NCBI RefSeq assembly: GCF_009834535.1
Contig: NC_045697.1
Coordinates: 27,530,001 to 27,594,000 of the forward strand
Reading direction: 5' to 3'
Source of the DNA: Camelus ferus
Lineage: Eukaryota
Length of the DNA stretch: 64,000 bases
Positions within the stretch are counted from its first letter, which is position 1, and every line of letters begins with the position of its first letter. The notes under the pieces are model-generated. The model made no database searches, was not told the DNA's origin, and saw nothing but the letters and a program-made list of their open reading frames with translations. Position numbers and translations under genes: made by a program. Below are positions 1-11,565 of the stretch, one piece after another.

Positions 1-2081
1 GACACTTTTACCTCTTCTTTTCCAATTTGGATCCCTTTTATTTCTTTCTCTTGCCTGACTGCTGTGGCTAGGACTTCCAGGACTATGTTGAATAGGAGTG
101 GTGATAGTGGGCATCCTTGTCTTGTCCCAGATTTTAGTGGGAAGCTTTTGAGTTTTTCACTGTTGAGTACTATGCTGGCTGTAGGTTTGTCATATATAGC
201 TTTTATTATGTTGAGATATGTTCCCTCTATACCCACTTTGGCGAGCGTTTTTATCATAAATGGGTGTTGAATTTTATCAAATGCTTTTTCTGCATCGATT
301 GAGATGATCATGTGGTTTTTGTCCTTTCTCTTGTTGATGTGATGTATTACACTGATTGATTTGTGTATGTTGAACCAGCCTTGTGTCTCTGGGATGAACC
401 CCACTTGGTCATGATGTATAATCTTTTTTATGTGTTGTTGGATTCTATTTGCTAAAATTTTGATGAGGATTTTGGCGTCTATGTTCATCAGTGATATTGG
501 CCTATAATTCTCTTTTTTTGTAGTGTCTTTGCCTGGTTTTGGTATCAAGGTGATGGTGGCTTCATAGAATGAGTTTGGGAGTATTCCCTCCTTTTCAATT
601 GTCTGGAAGAGTTTGAGAAGGACTGGTATGAGTTCTTTGTAAGTTTGGTAGAATTCCCCGGTGAAGCTGTCCGGTCCTGGACTTTTATTTGTAGGGAGGT
701 TTTTAATTGCTATTTCTATTTCCTTTCTAGTGATCGGATTGTTCAAGTGTTCAGATTCTTCTTGATTCAGTTTTGGTGGACAGTATGTTTCCAGAAACTT
801 GTCCATCTCCTCTAGGTTATCCAGTTTGGTTCCATATAGTTTTTCATAATCTCGTATGATATTCTGTATTTCTATTTTGTTTGTTGTAATTTCTCCATTT
901 TCCTTTCTTATTTTGCTAATTTGTGCTCTTTTTTCTTCTTTGTGAGTTTGGCCAGAGGTTTGTCGATTTTATTTACTTTTTCAAAAAACCAGCTTTTGGT
1001 TTGGTTGATTTTTTTCTATGCTCTTGTTAATCTCTATTGTATTTAATTCCCCTCTGATCTTTATTATTTCCTTCCTTCTGCTGCTTTTTGGGGCTTTTTG
1101 TTCTTCTTTTTCTAATTCATTCAGGTGGTGGGTTAAATTGTTTATTTGAGATTGTTCTTCTTTTTTGAGGAAGGCCTGTATCGCTATAAACTTCCCTCTT
1201 AGCCCTGCCTTTGCTGTGTCCCATAGGTTTTGAGTGGCTGTGCTTTCATTATCATTTGTCTCAAGGTATTTTTTAATTTCAGCTTTGATTTCCTCATTGA
1301 TCCATTGTTTTTTCAATAACATATTGTTTAATCTCCATGCTTTCCTTTTTTTCTCCTTTGTTTCTCTGTTGTTGATTTCCAGTTTCATGGCATTGTGGTC
1401 AGTAAAGATGCTTGAGATAATTTCTATCTTCTTAAAATTGTTGAGGTTTCTTTTGTGCCCAAGTACATGATCCATCCTGGAAAATGTTCCATGTGCACTT
1501 GAAAAGAATGTATATCCTATTTTTGAGGGGTGTAATGCTCTGAAAATATCCACCAAATCTAGTTTTTCTATTGTAGTATTTAATTTCTCTGTTGCCTTGT
1601 TTATTTTCTGTCTGGAAGATCTGTCTAGTGATGTTAATGCAGTGTTAAAATCTCCAACTATGATTGTATTCCCATCAATATCCCCCTTTATCTCTGTTAG
1701 TAATTCTTGTATGTACTTAGGTGCTCCTATATTGGGTGCATATATATTAACGAGTGTAATATCCTCATCTTGTATCACTCCTTTAATCATTATAAAATGT
1801 CCTTCTTTATCTTTCTTTATGGCCTTTGTTTTAAAGTCTATTTTGTCTGAAATCAGTACTGCAACACCTGCTTTTTTGGCTTTTCCATTTGCATGGAATA
1901 TCCTTTTCCACCCTTTCACTCTTAATCTATATGTGTCCTTCTCCCTAAAGTGGGTCTCTTGTATGCAGCATATTGAAGGTTCTTGCTTTATTATCCCGTC
2001 TGCCACTCTGTGTCTTTTGACTGGAGCATTTAGTCCATTAACATTTACAGTAATTAATGATAGATGTGTGTTTATTGCCAT
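1..2081 (-). pseudogene. L1 ORF2 (APE endonuclease plus N-terminal reverse transcriptase), frameshifted and truncated by the window edge
   Basis: ORF 981..2081 has EN motifs NVNGLN, CCIQETH, GDFNT and FTDHN. It frameshifts at the T7 run 1009-1015 and again near 925-935. Downstream frames give [45 protein letters not shown], and [12 protein letters not shown] at position 1, just before the RT catalytic DD motif. Confidence 0.95.
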
Positions 2082-2486
2082 TTTGAACTTATCTTTGCAG
2101 TTGAATTGGTATATCCTCTTTGTTCCTTTCTTCTTCCTTTTGTGGTTTCGTAATTTTCCTTTGTATTATCATGGATTTTATTTAATTTTTGTGACTCCTT
2201 TGTAAATTTTTGGCTTGTGGTTACCCTTTTTTGTAAATCTATCAACCCATTACTATAAATGTTTTTATTAAACTGATAGTAACATGATCTCAAACCCATC
2301 CTACTGTTAAAAAAAATTTAAAAAAGAAAGAAAAAAATATTCTATATTTCCCTGCCTCCCTCTCCCACTCTCAGTGACTTGTATGTCTTCTTTTATAATT
2401 TCATGTTTACTTTATTTGTAATTCATGAGTTATCACCTTTCCAGTTGTGCGTTTCTCATTTCTGTAGCATCCTGCTGCTTTTCTAT

Positions 2487-3391
2487 TTAGAATAGCCCTT
2501 TCAATATTTCTTTTAGCATGGGTTTAGTGTTGCTAAACTCCTGCAGCTTTTTTTTTTGTCTGTGAAACTCTTTATTTCTCCTTCTATCCTCAAGGATAGC
2601 CTTGCTGGATAAAGGATCCTAGGCTGCATCTTTTCTTCATTCAGGGCTTTGAATATATCTTGCCACCTCCTTCTGGCCTGTAGTGTTTGTGTAGAGAAAT
2701 CAGCTGACAGCCTTATGGGGGTTCCCTTATAACTTACTCTTTGCTTTTCTCTTGCTGCCTTTAGAATCATTTCTTTATCCTTGACTCTGGCCATCTTGAT
2801 TATGATATGTCTTGGTGTGGGTCTATTTGGGTTCTTCCTGTTTGGGACCCTCTGAGCTTCCTGTACTTGGATATCTGATTCCTTCTTTAAGTTTGGGAAG
2901 TTTTCAGTCATGATTTCTTCAAAAACCTTTTCAATCCCCTTTGATCTTTCTTCTCCTTCTGGGACCCCTATTATGCGAAGATTGGGACGCTTTATATTAT
3001 CCCATAGGTCCCTTATGCTATTTTCATTATTTTTTATTTGCTTCTCTTGTAGTTCTTCTGAATGGGTGCTTTCTATTGCCCTGTCTTCTAGATCACTAAT
3101 TCGCTCCTCTGCATTATCTAGTCGGCTTTGCACAGCTATTAGATCATTCCTCATCTCTGTCAATGAGTTTACCCATTCTACTTGGCTCTTCTTTATAGCT
3201 TCAATTTCATTTTTGACATATTTTATATCTCTAAACACTATCTCTTTTAATTCCTTCAGCAATTCGATCACTCCTTTTTTGAAATCTTGATCTAGTAGGC
3301 TATCGATGTCTATTTCGTTGATCTTTCTTTCAGGGGATTTCTCTTGTTCTTTTAATTGTGAAAGGTTTTTCTGCTTCTTCATCTTGCTCAT
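2487..3391 (-). pseudogene. L1 ORF1p (coiled coil, RRM, CTD) with a C-terminal frameshift
   Basis: Motifs LWDNIKRPNLRIIGVPEGEE, PRHIIIK and YPARLS. The T10 run at 2548-2557 shifts the frame; the other frame gives the expected end LQEFSNTKPMLKEILKGLF* (stop 2487-2489). Confidence 0.95.
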
Positions 3392-3869
3392 ACCTCTTTG
3401 GCACTGTGGTTTATGGAGTATCAGTTGTTTATTTTGGTCCTTAAGGATTTTATCTATCTGATGCCTATTTAGGAAGAGAACTTAGGAAAAAAAGAAAAAA
3501 AAAATAAGAGAGAGAGAGAAAGAATTTTAAAAGAAGGGAGAAAGAGGGTTTGAAAACAGTGTATAATGAATAATAGAAGAGTGAGTTGAAGCAGAGTATT
3601 AATCGGGTTGAGACGTCCGTTTGAAACCTTTACAAAAAAAGGGGGGGGGAGATGAATAGATGTATTTGAAACCTGTGTCTAATCAATAGCAGGACATCAA
3701 AACCCAAGAGAAATACAAATGAATTAAGAAGTAAAGATTAAGAGAGTAATAGAAAATAGAACAGGTAAAAACAGATTTAAAAAAAAGGGGGGGGATTTGT
3801 CGGTGTTCCCCTGGAGTCTGTGTGCTTTTAATGTGAAGTCTTTCTGTCTTCGTCCTGTTTTGGAAGCTC

Positions 3870-5069
3870 AGCTTGCTGTTTTCAGAGGCCCTCCGTTGGC
3901 GCCCTCTTCTGTGCTGCTCCCAGCACCTGTCGGCAAGCAGATCGCGCCTCCTCCTAACACTGGGTCAGGTGCAGCTCTCTGCTGTGGGCGGGCGGGTCGC
4001 TGCCCCTCCGGATGCCGCAGTCAGATGTTGCAGACTGGCCAGGTAGGAGGCTGGGTCGTGCCCCCTCCCAGCAGCTGGGTCAGGGGCTGTGTTCCTGCCC
4101 GAAAGGCGGGGGGCCGCTCTCGCTCTACCTGCGCCGCCACCGGTAGCTCCGCTGCTCTGTGCGGCTGCGCGCTCCGCCCTGGTCGGCGCTCCGCGGGTGG
4201 GCTCGGGGAAGACCGAGGGATAGCCCTGTCCCTGCTCGGAGCCAAAACCCAGCTCCTTGTATGTCTTTGTGGAGCAAGTTCTCTGAGGGACCAGGATGGA
4301 AGGATCCTATCTGCCCAAGGCTGCAGGCTAGTCTCAGTCTGGCCTTTGAGGCTGCTAAGCCCTTCGGTGCTGATGCAGGTTTCGCCCCCGCCCCCACCTG
4401 AGTGCTAAGCGTGGAGGATATGGCGGCTGTGCCTGAGCCCCGCCTCTCTTCCCCCGAAAACTTTCCGCGGGTTTTCAGAGATGGGGGTGTGCACCCTTCC
4501 CCCGAGAGCACATCAACCTTGCTGTTTTATGGAGGGCCCAGGTTGTTCTGCCCTGTGCACCCACAGCCACGGCGCGCAGCCCCTTGCGTTCCCCCAGGGC
4601 TGCCTCCGTGCAGCCACTTCCGTCCTCCGCCCGGCTTGTGCAGCCTGGCCCTGCCCGCGGCTGCCGGCCCGCGTCTCAGGCTGGGTGTCGGGGGGACACT
4701 CTGTGCCCGTTTAACTTAGTTCTGTTAGTCAAGGGCTGCTCTGTACAGATCCGAGCTTCAGAGGCTCCCCCTCCGTCCCGCTGGCCTCTCAGTTGGAGAG
4801 GGGAGACCCAGCGAGCGAGCGCCAGTCCTCCTTTGCCGCTCCCTCCCCGCGGGACCTGTCCCGCGCTGCTTTGCCTTTTGTTCTTTCTTTTTTCCTTTTC
4901 TCGTACCAGATTTTTGGTGTCTTTATCTTTTGAAGAGGGCGATGTTCTGTCGGAGTTCCGCAGGTGCTCTGGTTGGCTGAGTGGGTCTGTAGATGTGGGT
5001 CTTGGTGTATTTGTGGGAGAGGGTGACCTGCGAGCGTCCTTCTACTCCGCCATCTTCTCCATCCTCCCC
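3870..5069 (-). promoter_or_regulatory. L1 5'UTR internal Pol II promoter / CpG island with YY1 site
   Basis: GC- and CpG-rich. The YY1 motif CCGCCATCTT (5047-5056) lies ~13 nt inside the L1 5' end, as in other mammalian L1s. Confidence 0.85.
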
Positions 5070-5199
5070 GAGAAATCCAGAAGCCCTTTCAAATGCCTTC
5101 AAAAGCTTATGTGATTTACCTACCCACCCTCTAGATTTCATCTTGTATTATTCTCACCTCTTTGCTGTTACTTCAACATGCCGGCTGTTTCGGATCTTG

Positions 5200-5620
5200 C
5201 CTCAGGTCCCCCTGTCTCCTTTCTACTTAGAATGTTCTTTCTCCAGCTGTTCAAAGTCCCCTTGTCAGAGAGGACATCCCTGTACACTTTCTCCAAGACT
5301 ACTTAGTCTTAAATGTCTTCTTAGTCCTTCACATATACATGTTACTACTTATATATTTGTCTGCAGTATCATTTTACCACCCACTTGCATAAAAGCTCTG
5401 TGATGGGCGAGGGTATAGCTCAGTGATAGAGTGAGTGTTGAGCATGCATGAGGTCCTGGGTTCGATCCCTAGTACCTCCATTAAAATAAATAAGTAAATA
5501 AATAAACCTAATTACCCCCCCCCCAAAAAAACTATAAAAGCAGAGACTTTCTTTTGTTTGCTCTGCCTGGGACTGTTCCTAGCACATAGTAGGAGCTCAT
5601 TAACTCCTGGCCGAATGAAC
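5200..5620 (+). mobile_element. L2 3' end fragment, interrupted by a SINE
   Basis: cctagcacatagtaggagctcat...gaatgaa resembles the L2 3' terminus. Confidence 0.6.
5405..5531 (+). mobile_element. tRNA-derived SINE (camelid Vic-1-like)
   Basis: A box TAGCTCAGTGA (5416-5426), B box GGTTCGATCC (5459-5468), AT-rich segment, then a C-run and A tail. Confidence 0.85.
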
Positions 5621-6309
5621 CCCATGAGGTCTAGATAGGAACACTGTATGGGTGTTCGCAGATGTTATCTCCTGTGGCAGCTGTTGGGGTCTAAGAAATG
5701 AGTCAAAAGGCCAAGGGGTGTAGGGGAGGGCAAACCCTGCTGTGAGTTTAGTCCTCCTCTCTTTCCTACAATGAATGGTCCAGCTGTTTTGTTTTATTTT
5801 CTCAAGAAAATGAGATAACCATCAGAGGTTAATCAAGTTGGTCTTTTCTTGGAATAGGTCAATAACTTACGCCATTGACATATCTCTGTGTGTAACATCC
5901 TAATGATCTTTCCCAACTTCCAACTATGTCAGAATAAATAACTGTTCCATATTTGAGCTTGGTCAGATACACACTCATCCACACTGCTGGCTTCAATCAT
6001 AACATACCCATTTTCTCCAGGCAAGAGGCTGACACTCTATCCTGCACGCTGCTCAGAAGATCCAATGTTTTCATGAAGTTCCAAAAAGATTTTGCCAATG
6101 CTTTAGGAACTCTGATTTATATTTCAAGTTTTTTGGATTTCTTTATTTTTTAAAAACTGCAACAGCAACAGCAATAACAGTAATAATTTTAAAAACCCTT
6201 AAAGATTATTTCAGAGAACTAATGACTAAATATCAAATATAGTAATATTTCCTAAGACTAAATATTAGGAAATCTGGGCTGTATGGCTAGACCTAAAAAC
6301 TGAATGTAT

Positions 6310-6525
6310 TCTGGCTTCAGGTTCAGACTGTGGATTCAACATTTTAATCTAAGTTAGTTTTCTCCCCAAACCCAACTGAAATGACAGCAAGACTTTTTTT
6401 TTTTTTTTTTTTTTTAGGAATAAACTCACAAGGACAGGACAGAGAGGACAGGAGAAGAGACAACAGCAATACAATCTTGGAAGTTGGACAAGAGAGAGAC
6501 ACATACTAGCTGACTTAGCAGATTA
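6310..6525 (+). mobile_element. Ancient L1M 5' region fragment
   Basis: aaactcacaaggacag...gagacaacagcaa...ttggaagttgga...gctgacttagcag resembles old L1M 5' end consensus. Confidence 0.5.
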
Positions 6526-8599
6526 ACAAACAGCAAGGGCACCAGCCCATCAAAAAGATACCAAATATAAACAACCGGTGAGGCCACAGTGTATGGTTGT
6601 GAAGGCTGTGCACTGTACAACTACCGGCAGTAGCCTGGCCATATCTGAGCACACAAGCTGAATATGAGTCCTACCTAGTCTTGGGTGATCAGTCCTCACT
6701 TCCAATGTAACTTGTATGCCTTACAGGTAAGGCCTAGAAGATCCCCAGAGTTATGTCTTTTGTGATTGGTTATTCTAAGACTGGGAACACATTCTACAGG
6801 GCAGGGTCATCCTGCTGGTCTCAATTTTTCCCCCTGACATTTCATATTAGCCACTTGATTTTAGACTCATAATTGTTAATGAAACAAACACAAGAAGCAA
6901 TTCCTGTTGGGGAAAGAAAGATAAATATTCCAAGCCTGTCTCCAAATCAGTGTGGTTGAAAAATGATGTTAATTGAAAACAGCTTAACTCAGCAAAACTC
7001 ACAAAGTTATTTCCAATGTGTTTGCTAAATTATTTTACCCTGCGTTCTTAAAGCAGGATCATTTACAAATGAGTGCCCTGACTGCAACTTTCAGTTGCTT
7101 TATGGGATGGGGGAGGAAGAGGAGAGCGCGGCAGACCTAGGATTCTTACATATGAGACACCTAGCTCTCCCCTTCCGTATCTGAGTACTTAACTTTGAAC
7201 TGCTCATCTGATGTTAAAATGAACTTCATGTTTGTCTAAGAAAATGCCAGCCTTTCATTTAACAGGGCCATTTGGCCAATTTCTTTAAGTCTGAATTTAA
7301 GCCAAGGTTAAAAAAAAAAAAATCACTGTTACTAACCTACTGCCTGATCTATCTTTTAAGCCTTCTGGAATCTTGCATTTCAACTGAGTTTTCGTAATTT
7401 ATTGTGGATGAGTGATCCAGAAAGTTAATGTGCTCGTTTTCTTAAATAATCAAGTTGTAAATCATTGACCAGTTCCCTAACTGCTCTTCAGGTAGGGGGA
7501 GAAGGAAATGCTTTTAGGCTCAAAGCCCCTCTGTCCCGCCCAGGCTTTCCCAGGGACCACTTGGATTTCTAGAGAGGTTTTGCATTCTTAGGTCTGGCTA
7601 CAGACCTACTCTCTGAGCGTCTGCCTTTCGAGAGGGTTCAAACCAGGTTTGATGCTACTACCTGCTGTTTCTTGAGGTGGAGCAGTGGGTGCGGCTGCAA
7701 ATAAAAATAATTTCATCCTGCTGGACCAGATGGTCAGGACTGGTGTCAGCTGGGCGGATCCCTGCTTGCGTTTGCCCAAGCCCGAGGTAAGAGCCCCGAG
7801 TCACACTATTTACCTCTGGCTCCTGACCAAGGGTTAGTAAGCCAGTTAACCTGGCTGTTTCACACATCACTCGGGATGTGTCTGAACACTGGACTGTGGG
7901 TCGTGGTTCTGAAAAAAAAAAATGTTGGTCATGATCTGGCAGTGTTAGAGTGCTAATTTTCTTTTTTGGAAAAATTTGGAAGGGTTTCAGATTCATTCCC
8001 CATTGTATTAAAAAAGATTTCTTGAATACTTGAGAAAAATGACCTCTTGAATACTCACGTTAGTTTTGCAGGCCAGTCTTCTTAGCTTGGATTCCCGGTA
8101 AACTCCAGCCAGTGATCTAGGTTTCTGTTCAGAAACCATCCTCTACCCTCCCCCCAACAGTGCTATACTCTGAACTGGTGCACGTGGCTGAGGCCACTGC
8201 TGGGCATCCAACAGGTGTGTGACGGCAGCCACTGGCCTGCAGGTCCCTGTCACTTGCACGGGGCCCTGCTCTTGGCTTTCTTGGGGAAGTTCTCATCTGG
8301 CCTGGCATGTGTCACCTTGGTGAAAGAGTTACAGAGCTATTCCTGTAAATTTCTTCTACCCCTGACCCAGAGAGTGCAATTCAGTTTCAAACAGAGGTAT
8401 AAAGACAGTAAAGATAGGCCCTGTATGTCTCCGCCAAACGCCAGCCGAGGGTGAATTTTCCAAGCAGCAACTCTCAAAGGAAACTTTAGTCTTAGTCCAA
8501 AAGACTGATCTAATGAGGACGCTCGAAGTCTTTCTATTCTGGAAACCTGGTTATCTATTCAGTCCAATGCACATAAACCCACTTCTATAAGGGGGACCT

Positions 8600-8770
8600 G
8601 ACACTCAGATCTCAGCTCCTCCACTTCCTCGATGCGTGATCTTGGAGGGCCTACTTCATCTTCCTGAGTTTCAAGTTCCTGGTTTGTAAAATGGGGATGA
8701 TAATGCCTACCCTGTAGGGTTGGGTTGTTGGAAGGATTCAGAGAAATATGTCAAGAGAAAGCATTTAATA
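8600..8770 (+). mobile_element. MIR SINE
   Basis: Core gtgatcttgg...gtttc...tgtaaaatggggatgataatgcctacc. Confidence 0.75.
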
Positions 8771-10374
8771 CGTGCAAAGACTGTCTCTGTTATTTAACGT
8801 GTGCCGTCTATGGACTAGGCACCTGGCACAGAGGTGAAATTCTGTGCAGATTATGGCCAGGGGGGAAGTGGGACCCATGAAGGGACGGCTTTAATAGGAT
8901 AGAAGCAGAAAGTTAGAGGCACACAGATGGCGCCAGGGTTGCTCAGCTGAGTCCAGCTGGGAACCCGGTACTGCTTGAGTGTCTTCACTTGGTTTCGTAA
9001 TTGCCTGACAGTGATGTGTTTTCTGGCCAGGTGGAGTCCTGGGTGTAACTAGGTGGAGCAGGTGAGGCCAGAGGCCAGGTGCAGCCTGGGGAGGAGGTGT
9101 AGGGGTGGGGCAGGGTGTGGGTGTGCAGGGCCCTGCCCTCCTGTGAGCAGCCTACAGGGATGCTACTTCCTGGAGAGGCAAGGCCGCGCTGTCAGGGTGG
9201 GCAGTGAGGGTGAAGCCAGTCCGCTGCACTGCTTGAGCCCCTCTTCCCTCAGCCAGGACTGATGGTGTCTAGGATGTGAAAACACCTGCCATTGCACCTG
9301 CGGCTATGATGTTCTTCCTCGTCTTTCCCAAGATACGCAGCCTGCTTGTTGCCCTCCTTTGTGGTTGTTGTCATGGAAACCATCTTAGAGACATGTTCAC
9401 TTCTCCGGCATCTTTTACCCCTAGCTGTTTTTGTGGAGGCTCAAACTGTTAATGACTTGAAGTTCTCAGAAAAATTCAAACATGGGGCCCAGTGAAGGGT
9501 GTGGTCAAAATGGAGGTGATGGATTTAATTAAACGCTCAGTCATTTTTGGGTTTGGCCAGAAACTCACCAGCCTGGCTTAGGCAGCTGTGCACGGTGTAG
9601 CCTTTCCTGATCTTTGCATTCTGTCTCTCCATAGTTCATATTCTGTTCCATTCAGCCTCCACACCTTCATTCCTTCTCTTTGAAATGCTCTCTTTTCTTG
9701 GCCCCCTCAGGTTGGATACAATGTTTCTCTACCACCTCTAGCTAAATTTGGGACTTTTCTCAAAATGTTTTCCATGTGTTGTCTTTAATTATAGTTACGT
9801 AAATACTCATCCTTTCCACGAGATGGTAAGCTAGTGAGTTGAAGGTAGGAACATCCCCTTTGTACATAGGATGTATTCTCAATAAATATTTGTTGAGCTA
9901 AAGGAAATTAAAAGAACATGATTAAATACCTACAGTGCACCAGAGGGTGACTGGAGAGGCCTCTAAGCCTCAGTCCCAGTTTTCATAGGTTTCCTGATTT
10001 GTGTTGGTCTTGAGTTGTAAACATTAAACTCATTTGGAGCCTTCAGAGTATTTAAACAAAAGTACTTGCCCTTGATGTGGCTAATGTTAACTTTAGAAAT
10101 TGATAATGAGCAATAGAAAATAAGGTGTCTGTGGGTAGCAGTGAGGAATAATATTCTTTGTAGAAGGGCTGGTGTTGGGTTTCTGGGCTTTCTGCAGGTA
10201 CTGTGTATGACATGTAGATCAGTAAGTTTTGCTCAGACTGCTTTCTCCACCCGACTGGGAAATACCTTGGATGATGAGTGAAACTCATCACCTCTAGGGT
10301 GCTATAGATTAAAATTCAAAGAACAAGAAAAATACCAGAGGGTAGGTTTGTAAAATGGCTGTGTATATGAGCTG

Positions 10375-10760
10375 GATTAGTCAGTTTTTATTGTGATAAT
10401 GCTGGGTAACAAACAACCTCAGGCTGTCAGTGGCCTTCAGTAACAAATGTATATTATTTGTATATGTAGTGTGTCAGTGGCTGTGAGTTGTGCTGCAGTT
10501 TAGGGCTGCCCCCTTACATCTTCTTATTTTGGGACCCAGGCCGAAGGAACAGCAATGTTCCCATGTTGGAGGGCAGGCGTTCAAGACAGTTGGCAGATTT
10601 TTGCAATGTTGTTTCTTGAAACTGGATTACCACTTTGTTCCACATTCCATTGGCCAAAATATTTTACATGGCCAAGTCCCCAATTAATGGGGCAGAGATT
10701 GGGGGAGTGAGAGAAGAGAGCAAAACAAATGTTTGCTAAGTTATAATCCAGTTGACCACA
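10375..10760 (-). mobile_element. MaLR solo LTR (old MLT1, J/K-like)
   Basis: attagtcag...ataatgctgggtaacaaacaacc and cacattccattggccaaa...catggccaag motifs. Confidence 0.7.
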
Positions 10761-11394
10761 GGGACACTTAGAATATTTTACACCTTCTACTGAAGGAGGT
10801 ACAAATCCTGGGAGAAAAAGCCCAATAGCTTGCTCTTGGCCAGGTACGTTATTGACACTTGGTACGTGTTTGTTGAAAGAATGATTGACTTGTCATGGTT
10901 CAGTTTAACTAGGTGCATAGTCTTTCCCCATTTGCATCTGTTTTTCATGGAGAAACTCACCCCTTTTGAAAACACAGACCAGACAGAGGTTGTATGTCAT
11001 TAGAAAGTGCTAATCCTATTCGAAGCCAAGTGTTTGCTGCTGTCCGTTTGATGGCGCTGCCAGGAGGACAGAATCTGCAGACAGAGTCACCCTGGGGAGG
11101 ACTTGTGAGTGAGCATATGTAAAGAGGTGGTTTGGGCGGCTCCCCACCCATGGCCACACCCAGCACAGGACCAGCAGTGGATGGAGAGTAAATAGGAGGT
11201 TTCACCTGCTGAGGCTTCCCCCACCCGAGAAGGAGGATGGGTGTGCCTCGCTGAGGGAAGCTCATTATATAAGAGTTATAACTTACAAAGTGGGTAGTTG
11301 CGGAGGGGCTATTTCTGTTACAGAAGCTTGCTCCTTTTAAGAGAAGCTAGAACAGGATTGCTTTAGCTAGTGCAGTGATGAGAGCAAGAAAGTT

Positions 11395-11565
11395 GCTTGC
11401 TGTGTGACCTTGGGCAAGTCACGGCTCCTCTCTCAGCCTCAGTTTCGTTGACTGCAATCCAGGCAGAATGCTGATACTCACTTCAAGGGCTCCTGTAAGG
11501 GTTAAATTAGCTGATGTGTACAGAGTTCTCAGTACAGTGCCTCGTATGTAGAAAACATAGTCTTT
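11395..11565 (+). mobile_element. MIR SINE
   Basis: gctgtgtgaccttgggcaagtca...cctcagtttc core. Confidence 0.8.

Larger units (their letters stand above)
1..5069 (-). mobile_element. Young LINE-1, 5'-complete (5'UTR, ORF1, spacer, ORF2); continues beyond the window start
   Basis: ORF1 and ORF2 homology. The 5' end on the minus strand reads GGGGAGGATGGAGAAGATGGCGG, and the 5'UTR retains many CpGs. Confidence 0.97.

Noticed and set aside
64..3290. + strand ORFs 64..270, 1234..1470, 1597..2205 and 2910..3290
   Set aside because: Antisense shadows of L1 ORF1/ORF2, a well-known artefact of L1 codon composition.
3797..5114. Long ORFs 3797..4408 and 4584..5114 in the L1 5'UTR
   Set aside because: They start at TTG in GC-rich, stop-poor sequence and show no recognisable homology.
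5405..5480. tRNA gene
   Set aside because: A and B boxes are present, but the body continues into a SINE AT-rich segment and A tail, and a second diverged copy has a TSD.
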